A stretch of 64,000 bases of DNA from Sandaracinaceae bacterium (GTDB lineage: Bacteria; Myxococcota_A; Polyangia; Polyangiales; Sandaracinaceae). A program made the position numbers and the translations under genes. Of this stretch, positions 1 to 9,229 are shown one piece after another; position 1 is the stretch's first letter; each line of letters opens with the position of its first letter. The notes under the pieces were generated by a model. It was not told the origin of the DNA, made no database searches, and saw nothing but the letters and a program-made list of their open reading frames with translations. Where the stretch lies: assembly GCA_044220955.1 (NCBI GenBank), contig JBGAQA010000002.1, positions 1 to 64,000 of the forward strand. The letters run 5' to 3'.

Positions 1-63
1 GTGCCGACGGAGCTCGCACTCTCGCGGCTCCGCGACGCTCGCACTCGCAGGGGCGGGCCCCCG

Positions 64-111
64 CTCGCGCTCGCGCGCGCCCTCGCCCTCGCCCTCGCTC
101 TCGCTCTCGGG
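64..111. repeat. Degenerate hexamer tandem repeat (CTCGCN) x~8
   Basis: ctcgcg ctcgcg cgcgcc ctcgcc ctcgcc ctcgct ctcgct ctcggg just upstream of the ATG at 125. Confidence 0.6.
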
Positions 112-124
112 CTATCGTTCCTCG

Positions 125-1306
125 ATGCTCGCTGCACGCTGCTCGCTCGCGCTGCTCGGGGCGGCGCTCGCGCTCGCGGCGGGCTGCTCGCTCGATCGCC
201 GGGCGCTCTCGGGCGGCTCCACGCTCGACGCGGGCAGCGCGGACGGGAGCGCGGACGCGTCCTCCGTGCTCGACGCGACCGACGCGGATCTCGACGCGCC
301 CTCGACCGACGCGGGCTCGGACGCGCCCGGGAGCGACGTCGGGCGCGACGCGTTCGTGTGCCCGACGTCCGGTCCCGAGGCGTGCGACCTCGACGACGAC
401 GACTGCGACGGCCTCGTGGACGAGGGCGCCTGCGGCGGCTGCGAGACGTTCGTGCTCGCCGGCCACGTCTACCTCTCGTGCCCGCCCGTGACCGGCTGGG
501 CGGCCTGGGAGGGTGCATGCCGCCGCGTCGCTCCCGGGTACGAGCTCGCGCACCTCGACGACGCCGTGGAGAACGCGGCCGTCGCGGCGCGCCTATCGGG
601 CGGCGATCACTTCGTCGGGGTCAACGACTTCGAGAGCAACGGCGCATACGTCGGGTGGGATCGCATGCCCGCGCCCTTCGTCGGCACCTTCTCCGACGCC
701 ATGGCGCCCCGCGCGAGCGAGCCGCTCGTGGTCCTGCAGCCGGACGGCCGCTGGGACGACGACCCGCCCGACGCCTCGTTCCGTCTCCTCTGCGAGGGCC
801 TCGTCGGCGTCCGCCCCTGCGTGCCGGGCGGCGCCGAGACCCGCTGCGACGGAATCGACGAGGACTGCGACGGCGCGCCGGACGACGGGCTCGACTGCGG
901 GCGCCGCTGCGCCACGCGCACCTTCTGGGACCACGTGTACTGGATCTGCGACGACACCGGCGACTTCGACGCCGAGAAGGCCTTCTGCGACGCTGGCGGC
1001 GCCGCGCCGCCGATCGTCCGCGACACCTTCGAGAACGCCTGGCTCGGCGCGCAGGCGAGCAGCGACGCGTGGCTCGGGCTCACGCAGACGCTGGGCGCGA
1101 GCGAGCCGGCGGGCAGCTGGAGCTGGGGCGACGGAGGTCCCCTGGCGTGGAACCAGTGGGGCAGCGGCGAGCCGAACGACTGCTGTCACGGCTACGGGAA
1201 CGAGGAGCAGTGCGCGATCCTCGATGACCCCGGCGGCGGCTGGTACGACGGCACCTGCGACGTCGCGTTCGCGCTCACCTGCGAGCGCGGCTGGGCGTGG
1301 CCCTGA
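125..1306 (+). CDS. Lipoprotein with two C-type lectin-like domains and 'CDxxDxDCDG' Cys/Asp repeats
   Basis: Lipobox LAAGC; CDLDDDDCDGLVDE and CDGIDEDCDG repeats; second CTLD has WLGL...WGSGEPND...C...WYDGTC (EPN/WND-like). Confidence 0.75.
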   Translation: MLAARCSLALLGAALALAAGCSLDRRALSGGSTLDAGSADGSADASSVLDATDADLDAPSTDAGSDAPGSDVGRDAFVCPTSGPEACDLDDDDCDGLVDEGACGGCETFVLAGHVYLSCPPVTGWAAWEGACRRVAPGYELAHLDDAVENAAVAARLSGGDHFVGVNDFESNGAYVGWDRMPAPFVGTFSDAMAPRASEPLVVLQPDGRWDDDPPDASFRLLCEGLVGVRPCVPGGAETRCDGIDEDCDGAPDDGLDCGRRCATRTFWDHVYWICDDTGDFDAEKAFCDAGGAAPPIVRDTFENAWLGAQASSDAWLGLTQTLGASEPAGSWSWGDGGPLAWNQWGSGEPNDCCHGYGNEEQCAILDDPGGGWYDGTCDVAFALTCERGWAWP

Positions 1307-1336
1307 CGCTCCCGCGTCGGCCCGTCGCGACGCCGA

Positions 1337-2254
1337 TCACATCCAGCCGCGCACCTTGAACCAGATCAGAGGCACCAGGCCGCTCACGACCATGAGGAGA
1401 AGCGCCAGCGGGTAGCCGTAAGGCCAGTGGAGCTCCGGCATCGCGTGGAAGTTCATCCCGTAGATCCCGACGACGATCACGGGTGGGATGCCGACGACGG
1501 ACGCGATGGTGAGCGTCTTGACGATCTCGTTCTGCTCGATGCTGATGAAGCCCAGCGTCGCGTCGAGCAGGAACTGGAGCTTGTTCGAGAGGTGCGCCTC
1601 GTAGTCCGTGAGCGAGACGACGTCGGCGTGGATCGCGTGCATGCGGCGCGCGCTGACGTGCGGCGCGCCCTCGGCGCCGCCCTGCGTGACGAACGAGGCG
1701 ATGCGCCCGATCCCCAGCAAGCTGTCGCGGACGTGCGAGAGCTGGTCCGCCACGAGCCCGATGCGGCGCAGGGTCTTTCGCAAGCCGCCGGGGTCGACCT
1801 TCCGATCGCGGAACGCACCGTGCGAGATCGCGTCGCACTCGGCGCCCGCGTGCTCGAGCACGTCGGCGGCCTTGTCGACCACGACCTCGAACAGGTGCAG
1901 GAACGACTCCTCGGCCGTCGCCGCGTTCTGCGCCCTGCAGACCCTGCGCGCCTCGTCGAAGGTGGCGATGGGCGCGAAGCGGACCGTGACGAGAGCGCGC
2001 GCGCCGAGCACGAATCCCACCGGCGTGAGCTCCGGGCTGCCGTCCGCCGCGCGGGTGATGAGCGGCGTGGAGAGCGTGTAGATCCCGTTCGCGACGACGA
2101 GCCGGCTGGAGGTCTCGATCTCGCTGACCTCGTGCTCGGCTGGCGCGCGCAGGCCGGTCGCCGCGAGGACCCGCTGGCGCTCGTCCTCGGTGGGGGACAC
2201 GAGGTCGATCCACGTCGCGCCGGCGAGGTCCGTGTCGGGATGGAGGTGGATCAT
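1337..2254 (-). CDS. corA: CorA-family Mg2+/Co2+ transporter
   Basis: WIDLVSPT N-terminus; EQNEIVKTLTI...GIYGMNF..MPELHWPYGY signature; start placed at MIHLH (ATG 2254). Confidence 0.92.
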   Translation of the reverse strand: MIHLHPDTDLAGATWIDLVSPTEDERQRVLAATGLRAPAEHEVSEIETSSRLVVANGIYTLSTPLITRAADGSPELTPVGFVLGARALVTVRFAPIATFDEARRVCRAQNAATAEESFLHLFEVVVDKAADVLEHAGAECDAISHGAFRDRKVDPGGLRKTLRRIGLVADQLSHVRDSLLGIGRIASFVTQGGAEGAPHVSARRMHAIHADVVSLTDYEAHLSNKLQFLLDATLGFISIEQNEIVKTLTIASVVGIPPVIVVGIYGMNFHAMPELHWPYGYPLALLLMVVSGLVPLIWFKVRGWM

Positions 2255-2339
2255 CTCTCGGCCGGAGAGGCTACCTCGACCGGGGGCCTCGGCCATCCGG
2301 CGTGCGCGGCCACGAACTGGAGCCCGGCGGGGGCGCGTG

Positions 2340-3839
2340 TTATTTCGGCCCATGCGCGCCGCGTGGATCCTGCGCACTCCCGATGGGGAGGTCCGACTGG
2401 GACCGGTCTGCGTCATCGGCCGGAGCGCCGACTGCGAGGCGCCGATCGCCGACCCGAACGCGTCGCGACGCCACGCGGCCCTGCGCGTGGTGGGATCCGA
2501 GGTCGTCGTGGAAGACCTCCAGAGCCGAAACGGCACGTTCGTCGACGGTCGGCTCATCGGCAGCCCCACCCCCGTGACGGCCGGGTCGCGGATCATCATC
2601 GGCAGCACGGTCATGACGCTCGTGCGGGCGCCCGAGAACACGCCCGCCCGACCCAGGCTCTCGGTGGCGCCGCAGGGCGAGGAGGCGGTCCACACGCACA
2701 CGGTCGTGCCCGATCGGGCCATGCTCGAGCGCGCGCAGGCCATGCTCGCCGCCGGACGGATCGACGAGTGCGCGGGGGGCACGGCGATCCTGCTGCGGCG
2801 CCAGTCGGGCCTCGGCCTGCGCGCGGAGGCCGAGTTCGTCCACGGCACGAGCGCGCTGCTCGTCGCGCTCGCGCAGCGCACCGGAGATCCGCGCTGGCTC
2901 GAGGGGCTCTTCCAGGTGAACACCGACTGCGAGCGCGTGATCGCGCCCGAGCTGGTCGACGCGATCGAGAGGCTCGCTCCGCGCGGGGTGCGCCTTCTTC
3001 CCCCCTACGTCGCGAAGCTGAGCGCCCGCGCCGCCTCGCTGACGCCGCCCGAGCGGGTCCTGCTCGCGCGCATCGAGCGCCTCGCAGACTGACGCCGCGA
3101 CGAGGAGCGAATGGAGCACGAGCCCGGTCATCCCGGGGCGCACCTCGAGGTGCACGTGGTTCTGGTGGTCGTCGTCGTAGTGCGGCGTGAGCACGACGTT
3201 GAACATCGCCGCCGCCGAGGCCGCGCAGACCGCGCGCCGCACGGTCGTCATGCGCTCGGGCTCGGACGGGCGGTCGCCGCAGGGGCTCGCGCCGCGTGAG
3301 CGATCGACCCAGTCGCGGGCGACGTCGAAGTCGGTCCCGTCGTCGAAGACGAAGTGAGCGACGTCGATCGCGAGCGCCCCGCAGTGCCCGCTCGGCGCCT
3401 CGCCGCAGCGCTCGGGTCGATACAAGGAGAGATGCCCGACACGCCCGATGCTCGCCGCCCGCAGGACGCGCGACCACGCCGCGAGCGCGACGAACAACCG
3501 ACAGTCGCCGACGAGCGGACGCGGGCGGCCGTGACCGCCGTGCGCGCCGATCACGACGCCGAAGATCGTGCTCGTGAGCCGCACGGGGAACGCGACGCCC
3601 GCGGGCGGATCGTCGGGCACCGTGATCTGCACGCGCTGCGGGTGCACGAGGTCCCGCGCCCGCGTGGCGCGCACGAGCGACTCGCAGCGCTCGGCCGACG
3701 CCAGCATGCGCGGCTCGTCCGCGCGGCCGCGCGCCCACGGAGCCGGCCGCCAGCCAGGCACGGCGCCCGACGCGACCGTGGCATCGGTGTCCTGCGCCCG
3801 CACCGCGCCCGCGACCAGCGCCAGCGCGAGCACGACCAT
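2340..3839 (-). CDS. Extensin-like (peptidase M15/Hedgehog-type fold) secreted protein; recognisable part ends near 3108, but the frame stays open to 2340
   Basis: Signal peptide MVVLALALVAGAVRA; SGHCGALAIDV and VLTPHYDDDHQNHVHLE motifs. Confidence 0.6.
   Translation of the reverse strand: MVVLALALVAGAVRAQDTDATVASGAVPGWRPAPWARGRADEPRMLASAERCESLVRATRARDLVHPQRVQITVPDDPPAGVAFPVRLTSTIFGVVIGAHGGHGRPRPLVGDCRLFVALAAWSRVLRAASIGRVGHLSLYRPERCGEAPSGHCGALAIDVAHFVFDDGTDFDVARDWVDRSRGASPCGDRPSEPERMTTVRRAVCAASAAAMFNVVLTPHYDDDHQNHVHLEVRPGMTGLVLHSLLVAASVCEALDAREQDPLGRRQRGGAGAQLRDVGGKKAHPARSEPLDRVDQLGRDHALAVGVHLEEPLEPARISGALRERDEQRARAVDELGLRAQAEARLAPQQDRRAPRALVDPSGGEHGLRALEHGPIGHDRVRVDRLLALRRHREPGSGGRVLGRPHERHDRAADDDPRPGRHGGGAADEPTVDERAVSALEVFHDDLGSHHAQGRVASRRVRVGDRRLAVGAPADDADRSQSDLPIGSAQDPRGAHGPK
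2352..3092 (+). CDS. FHA domain protein
   Basis: IGRS...ASRRHA...EDLQSRNGTFVDG FHA motifs at N-terminus. Confidence 0.85.
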   Translation: MRAAWILRTPDGEVRLGPVCVIGRSADCEAPIADPNASRRHAALRVVGSEVVVEDLQSRNGTFVDGRLIGSPTPVTAGSRIIIGSTVMTLVRAPENTPARPRLSVAPQGEEAVHTHTVVPDRAMLERAQAMLAAGRIDECAGGTAILLRRQSGLGLRAEAEFVHGTSALLVALAQRTGDPRWLEGLFQVNTDCERVIAPELVDAIERLAPRGVRLLPPYVAKLSARAASLTPPERVLLARIERLAD

Positions 3840-3988
3840 GAGTGCGCGGAGCAAGGCAGGAGCGATCCTACGCGAACACGCGCCTCTCCGCGCCTCGGCG
3901 TGGGCGGCGTCCGCGCGGGCGCCATCGTCGCTGCGCGGTGATCTGTGCCTCGGTGCGCCAGGCATGCCGGGTGCACTGCTGCGGGCAC

Positions 3989-5557
3989 ATGGGCATCAAG
4001 ACGTCATGGGTGCTCGCGACCCTGGGACTGGTCGCCGGCTGCTCGAACGCGACCTCGCCGCTGCACTACTTCGACGGCGGCTTCGGGGGGTCCGACGCCG
4101 GGGCCGGAGCCGATATCGGGAGCCCGCCTCCCGAGATGGAGGTCGATGTGCGCTTCGAGCCGCCCGCCGTCGGCGCGAGCGTGCTCTACGCGACCAACAC
4201 CGGTGCGGGACGCGTCGCGGTGATCCACGCGAGCGACTTCTCGATCGAGACCGTGGGGGTCGGCGCGAGCCCGATGCCTGCCGTCGCCGCGCCCGGCCGC
4301 GATCTCGCGCTCAGCCTCGACCGCGGATCGAGCACCGTGAGCATCCTGCGTACGACCGGCGCGGTCACGACGGTGACGCCCGTGCCCATCGAGCACGACG
4401 CGAACGAGGTCGCCTTCGATCCCACCGGCCGCTTCGCCGTCCTCTTCGAGGCGCCGCGGCCCGGCGTCGCGCGCCGCAACTTCCAGGACGCCAGCGTGCT
4501 CGTGCTCGAGGACGGTGCCGAGCGCCTCGTGCGCGTCGTGGTCGGCTACGGTCCGAGCCGCGTGGCCTTCGACCCCGCGGGCACGCGCGCGCTCGTCGTG
4601 ACCGAGGACGGCGTCAGCCAGATCGATCTCGCGGGCCTGCCTACCGAGGGCCCCATCCGCGCGCCGCTCCTCGGCTTCGACACCCTCGAGCGGCTCGGCG
4701 AGACGCTCCTGACGCCCGACGGAGACTTCGCGCTCGCGCGCATCGGCGCCTCGGAGATCCGCCAGCTCGACCTGCGCGACGGCAGCATCGTCGTGGCCGA
4801 TCTCGCCTCGCTCGCCCCGGGCGAGGCGATCGACGTCACCGACCTCGACGTGCTCCCGAGCGGGAACGAGCTCGTGGTGGTGGTGCGCTCGCACTCCGCG
4901 GTGATCCGCATGCCGATCGGCGCGGACTTCGCCGACTCCACGCGCTGGGAGGCGCTCGACCTGAGCGGGCAGCCGGTCGGGTCCCTCGCCTTCTCGCCGA
5001 CCGGCGATCTCTTCGTCAGCTACACGACCGATCCCACGGTCGAGGCGATCGCCATCGTCGACGTGGCCGCCGCCGAGGTGCGCACCGTGGCGCTGCGCAA
5101 GTCGGTCCGAGGGCTGGCCATCTCGCCCGACGGACGCTTCGCGCTCGTCCTGCACCACGCCGTGGCCCACCCGGGCGGGGACGAGGACGCGCTGGTCGAT
5201 CGCTCCGAGGGCTACTCGCTCGTCGACCTCGCGACCGGCTTCGCGCGCCTCGCGCTGGTGGACGCCGCGCCGGGCCCGGACGCGTTCGTGCTGGACCCCA
5301 CGAGCGGGCGGCTCTTCCTCGCCCTGCGCGACGACGCGCGCGCGGTCCACGAGCTGCAGGTGGTGGACCTCGCGTCGTTCGCCGTCGACAGGGTCCCGCT
5401 GCTCGCGCCGCCCACCACCGTCGGCGTCTTCGCCGCGCTCGGCCGCGCGTTCGTGGGACAGGAGGCGAACGGCGGACGCGTCACGTTCTACCTGTGGGGC
5501 GAGAGAGAGACCCACACGGTCGCGGGCTTCGAGCTCGCAGCGAGGATCCGCCGATGA
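3989..5557 (+). CDS. Beta-propeller (YncE/YVTN-like) lipoprotein
   Basis: Lipobox LVAGC; repeated AFDPxG / AFSPTG / ISPDGR blade motifs. Confidence 0.75.
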   Translation: MGIKTSWVLATLGLVAGCSNATSPLHYFDGGFGGSDAGAGADIGSPPPEMEVDVRFEPPAVGASVLYATNTGAGRVAVIHASDFSIETVGVGASPMPAVAAPGRDLALSLDRGSSTVSILRTTGAVTTVTPVPIEHDANEVAFDPTGRFAVLFEAPRPGVARRNFQDASVLVLEDGAERLVRVVVGYGPSRVAFDPAGTRALVVTEDGVSQIDLAGLPTEGPIRAPLLGFDTLERLGETLLTPDGDFALARIGASEIRQLDLRDGSIVVADLASLAPGEAIDVTDLDVLPSGNELVVVVRSHSAVIRMPIGADFADSTRWEALDLSGQPVGSLAFSPTGDLFVSYTTDPTVEAIAIVDVAAAEVRTVALRKSVRGLAISPDGRFALVLHHAVAHPGGDEDALVDRSEGYSLVDLATGFARLALVDAAPGPDAFVLDPTSGRLFLALRDDARAVHELQVVDLASFAVDRVPLLAPPTTVGVFAALGRAFVGQEANGGRVTFYLWGERETHTVAGFELAARIRR

Positions 5558-7053
5558 AGCCGACGTACGTGCTGCCGCTGCTGCTCGCCCTCTCGGGCTG
5601 CAGCCACCACCTCGACGTCGCCCAGATCGCGGCGCTCGACGACGCCGTCCTCGTGCTCGACCGCGGCGGGCTCGTGCGCGTCTTCCGGATCGACGACGCG
5701 AGCACCAGCGCGACCGACGTGGACCTCGCCGAGGGCGAGCCCTCGCTGCTCGCGCGACCCGGGAGCCCCGAGGAGGCCCTCGTGCTCACGCAGGGCAGGC
5801 TCGGCGACGCGCGCGAGGCGCCCGTGCCGTCCGAGCTGGTGCGGCTCGATCGCACCGGCGAGCTCGGGCGCTGGGCGTTCTCGGGCCAGTACGCCGAGGC
5901 ACGCGCCTCGCGCGACGGGCGCTACGTCGTCACGCTCTCGCCGCGCGGGCGGCTGGTGGTCGAGAACCGCGTCGAGATCGCCGACCTCACGATGGCCGCA
6001 AGCGCGGCGAACCCCGTGGCGCTCTCGCTGCGCTCGCTCGGGGGCGAATCTCCCGCCGGAGCGGAGATCTCGGGCGCGCTGCCCTGGAGCGACGGGCGGG
6101 AGCTCCGGGTCGCGGCGCTCTTCGCCGCCGGGCAGCTCAGCCTCTTCGATCTCGACGCGCCGGACGACCCGCCGGTGACCATCCCGACGACGGCCGACGC
6201 GAGCGCGGCCCAGGAGGTCCCGATCGAGGGCTTCTTCGTCGACGCCGAGCTCGTGCTGCGGACCTCGTCCGGAAGCCAGCTCCTCGTGGTGGCGCTGGTC
6301 CCGGGGACGGGCACGCACCGCTTCGACGTCGCCGTGCGCACGCTCGCGGCCTCGGCGCCCATCGTGGCCGTGGCGATCGACGCGCGGGGCAGCTCGCCGC
6401 GCGTCCTGGCCCTGACGCGCGCGTCGCTCGACGTGTTCGACCTCGAGACGGGCATGTCGGCCGCCGTCGCTCTGCCTGCCGCCTACGGCCAGATCCTGCT
6501 CTTCGACGGCCCGGCACCCGGTGACGCGACGTCGCGCCCGCGCGTCGCGCTCTACGGGGCAGCCCGCAGCATCGCCTTCGTGGACCTCGGGGATCGCCCG
6601 ACCGACGTCGCCGGCTCGTTCGTGCTCCCGCTCGCGTTCCAGCCCGACGCGGTCGTCGCCGACGCGAGCTCCGGGCGCCTCGTGGTCTTCGAGGATCTGC
6701 GGCGAACGCCGGTGGCGCTCGACGTCGCCGCGTCGGCAGGGCGCCGGCCCGTGTCGGTCGTCGACCTCTTCGACCGCTCCGCGCTCGCGCTCGAGGCGTC
6801 CGACGAGCTCAGCCGCGCGGTGGTCTCGACGGACCTGGGCGAGATGTGGGTCGCGGGCGCGGCCGGCTACGTGAATCGCTTCGACCTCGAGACCGAGCAG
6901 CAGGAGGAGCGCTGGCTCGAGCACTCGGCCGAGACGCTCCTGCCGCTCCTCGGCCCGGCGCAGCGGGTGCTGGCGTTCACGAATCCGCGCACCGGGACGT
7001 TCGCCGTCCTGCAGCACGGCGTGGGCCCGCGCGCCGTCACCGACGCCTGGTGA
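5554..7053 (+). CDS. Putative beta-propeller lipoprotein, translationally coupled to the upstream gene
   Basis: ATGA start/stop overlap at 5554-5557; MKPTYVLPLLLALSGC lipobox; beta-rich with xDL/FDL strand ends. Confidence 0.7.
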   Translation: MKPTYVLPLLLALSGCSHHLDVAQIAALDDAVLVLDRGGLVRVFRIDDASTSATDVDLAEGEPSLLARPGSPEEALVLTQGRLGDAREAPVPSELVRLDRTGELGRWAFSGQYAEARASRDGRYVVTLSPRGRLVVENRVEIADLTMAASAANPVALSLRSLGGESPAGAEISGALPWSDGRELRVAALFAAGQLSLFDLDAPDDPPVTIPTTADASAAQEVPIEGFFVDAELVLRTSSGSQLLVVALVPGTGTHRFDVAVRTLAASAPIVAVAIDARGSSPRVLALTRASLDVFDLETGMSAAVALPAAYGQILLFDGPAPGDATSRPRVALYGAARSIAFVDLGDRPTDVAGSFVLPLAFQPDAVVADASSGRLVVFEDLRRTPVALDVAASAGRRPVSVVDLFDRSALALEASDELSRAVVSTDLGEMWVAGAAGYVNRFDLETEQQEERWLEHSAETLLPLLGPAQRVLAFTNPRTGTFAVLQHGVGPRAVTDAW

Positions 7054-7091
7054 GCGCCGCCACGACGCCTGATCGGATGCGCCCGGAGCCG

Positions 7092-9116
7092 TCAGGGCCC
7101 GCCGATCGCGCCTGGGAGTGGGTAGCTCGTGGCCTGCAGCGGGACCTCGACGTCGACGTACGCGACCCGGTCGTGCAGGCGCTCCACGTCGAAGCCCGCG
7201 ACCTGCACGCACGCGCCGATCGCGGCCGTGGAGATCGTGCCCTCGCTCAGGTCGACCGCCGTGAGCGCCGGCGGCTCGTCGTCTCCGACGATCACGCCGC
7301 AGAACTGCGAGCGCGCGACGGCGAAGCGCTGGACGCTCAGCGAGGCGCCGCGATAGCCGGCGAGGCCATAGCCCCCGACGGGGGTCGTGCAGCCCGGGTC
7401 GAAGCAACCGGCGCGCACGTCGTCGATCGACACGTCGGTGAGCGACATCGTGCTGCGCACCACGCTCCCGGCGCCGACGACGCGTGCGTGCGCGATCGCG
7501 CCGCGCGTCAGGGAGATGAAGGCGTCGTCCTGCGCGATCGTGCCCGCCCCGAACGTTCCCTGCGCGTTGCCGAGCACGTCGGTGATGCGCACGTCCTCCG
7601 CCTCGATGCGACCGCGCAGCGAGGCGAACATGCCGACCTCGCCAGCGCGCTCGATGGAGACGCGCGCGAGCGTCGCGACCGCGTCCTCCTCGACGGACAC
7701 GCCGAAGCCGCCTCGACCCGTGGGATCGCTCGCCACGTCGCGGATGGTCACGTCCTCGAGCGCGAGGCGGCTGCCGGCGCGGCCGACCAAGAAGGCGTCG
7801 CTGGCGACGCGCGCGACGAGCGCACGGCTGACGTGGAGCGTCGCACCGTTCTGGGCGCCCGCCCCGCGCCCGAGCAGCGTGCCGCCGCCCACCAGATCGG
7901 CGAGCACGACGTCCGTCGCGGTCAGCGACGAGTCGCTCTCGCCGGTGCCCATCCCGAGGCCGATGTCGTGGATCCACGCGCGCGAGACCGTCGCGCTCGC
8001 GCCGAAGCGCACGACGAGCCCGGTCGTGAGGCTCACGGGGGTCGCGCCGTCGCGGATCGCCAGGTCGGTGAGCTCGGCGGAGGAATGATTGGCGACCGCG
8101 AACGCGTCGCCGGCGTTCGCTTCGAAGGCGACGCGCGTCAGCGCGAGGTGCGTGCCGGGGTCGTCTCCCACGACGCCGAGGGCGACGCCGCTCTGGAGAC
8201 CGACGCGGGTCCGCGCGACCAGGACGTCGTGGCCCTCGAGGCTCGCCCCGTGGCTCACGAGCATCCCGACGTCCATGCAGTCGTCGACGACGACACGATC
8301 GAGCACGATGTGGGGCTGGTTGGAGAGGCTCGTGGTCGTGCTCGCCTCGATCCCGCGACCGAACCAGCCCTCGCTCGTCGCCACCACGTGACGAAACGCG
8401 CTGCCGTGGACCTCGGCGCCTCCGCTCTCCGCCCAGAGCCCCTCGCCGCGCGCGCCGTCGACGACCACGTCGCGCACCTCGGCGCCGCCACCGCGCGTGA
8501 GCAAGCCGTAGCGCAGCGGGTGATCGAGCGCGAGGTTGCGCACGCGCGCGATGCCGTGGATCTCGACCACCGCGACGTCACCGTCGTTCGCGCGGCTGGA
8601 GGTGAGGCGCGTTCCCGAGACGCACGCGCCCCAGAGCGTGATGCCGCGATCGAGCACCAGGTCCTCGTCGTAGGCGCCCGTGTGCAGGGCGACGACGGCG
8701 TCGGCCGGCGCGGCCGCGAGCGCGGCCGTGATCGAGGAGAATGGACGCGGGCGCGTGCCGTCACCGCCCGCGGTGGCCGCGACGTCGACGTAGAGGATCG
8801 CGGCCGCGCCCGGCAGATCGCTCGGCCAGCCGTCGGCGGCGCACGCGGTCCCGACGCGCGCACACCCGGGCGTGCCGGGGAAGTGGACCTCGTCGAACGC
8901 GCACTCGCTACGCCAGCCGCCCTCCGGCCAGGGGTCGCAGACCACGGGATCGGCCCCGATCGCGCGCCAGCCGGCCGGGCAGGGGGTGAGCGTCGGCGCG
9001 GCCGGGGCAGCCGGGGACAGGACGATGCCCGCATCCGTCCCGACGGATGGCGTCGTCGTGCAAGCGAGCGCGAGCGCGGCGACCGCGACGCGGCTCGGAA
9101 GGAAGCGGGGCCTCAT
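7092..9116 (-). CDS. Lipoprotein with right-handed parallel beta-helix repeats
   Basis: ALALAC lipobox; YVD...GDGTRPRPFSSITAAL and VVALHTGAYDE (pectate-lyase-like start); ~25-aa repeats. Confidence 0.75.
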   Translation of the reverse strand: MRPRFLPSRVAVAALALACTTTPSVGTDAGIVLSPAAPAAPTLTPCPAGWRAIGADPVVCDPWPEGGWRSECAFDEVHFPGTPGCARVGTACAADGWPSDLPGAAAILYVDVAATAGGDGTRPRPFSSITAALAAAPADAVVALHTGAYDEDLVLDRGITLWGACVSGTRLTSSRANDGDVAVVEIHGIARVRNLALDHPLRYGLLTRGGGAEVRDVVVDGARGEGLWAESGGAEVHGSAFRHVVATSEGWFGRGIEASTTTSLSNQPHIVLDRVVVDDCMDVGMLVSHGASLEGHDVLVARTRVGLQSGVALGVVGDDPGTHLALTRVAFEANAGDAFAVANHSSAELTDLAIRDGATPVSLTTGLVVRFGASATVSRAWIHDIGLGMGTGESDSSLTATDVVLADLVGGGTLLGRGAGAQNGATLHVSRALVARVASDAFLVGRAGSRLALEDVTIRDVASDPTGRGGFGVSVEEDAVATLARVSIERAGEVGMFASLRGRIEAEDVRITDVLGNAQGTFGAGTIAQDDAFISLTRGAIAHARVVGAGSVVRSTMSLTDVSIDDVRAGCFDPGCTTPVGGYGLAGYRGASLSVQRFAVARSQFCGVIVGDDEPPALTAVDLSEGTISTAAIGACVQVAGFDVERLHDRVAYVDVEVPLQATSYPLPGAIGGP

Positions 9117-9229
9117 CGGCCGAGCGTACGTCAGCCGCGGCCGAGCGCGCGACGCGGCACGACCGAGGCGCCGCGGGTGGCTCTGGGTGAGCGCACCTGC
9201 GTGGTCGCTGATACGGTAGCGGCCGTACC

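Noticed and set aside
3568..7053. 1161-aa ORF as a single protein
   Set aside because: Only the part from ATG 5554 is protein-like; the upstream part overlaps the real gene 3989-5557 in another frame
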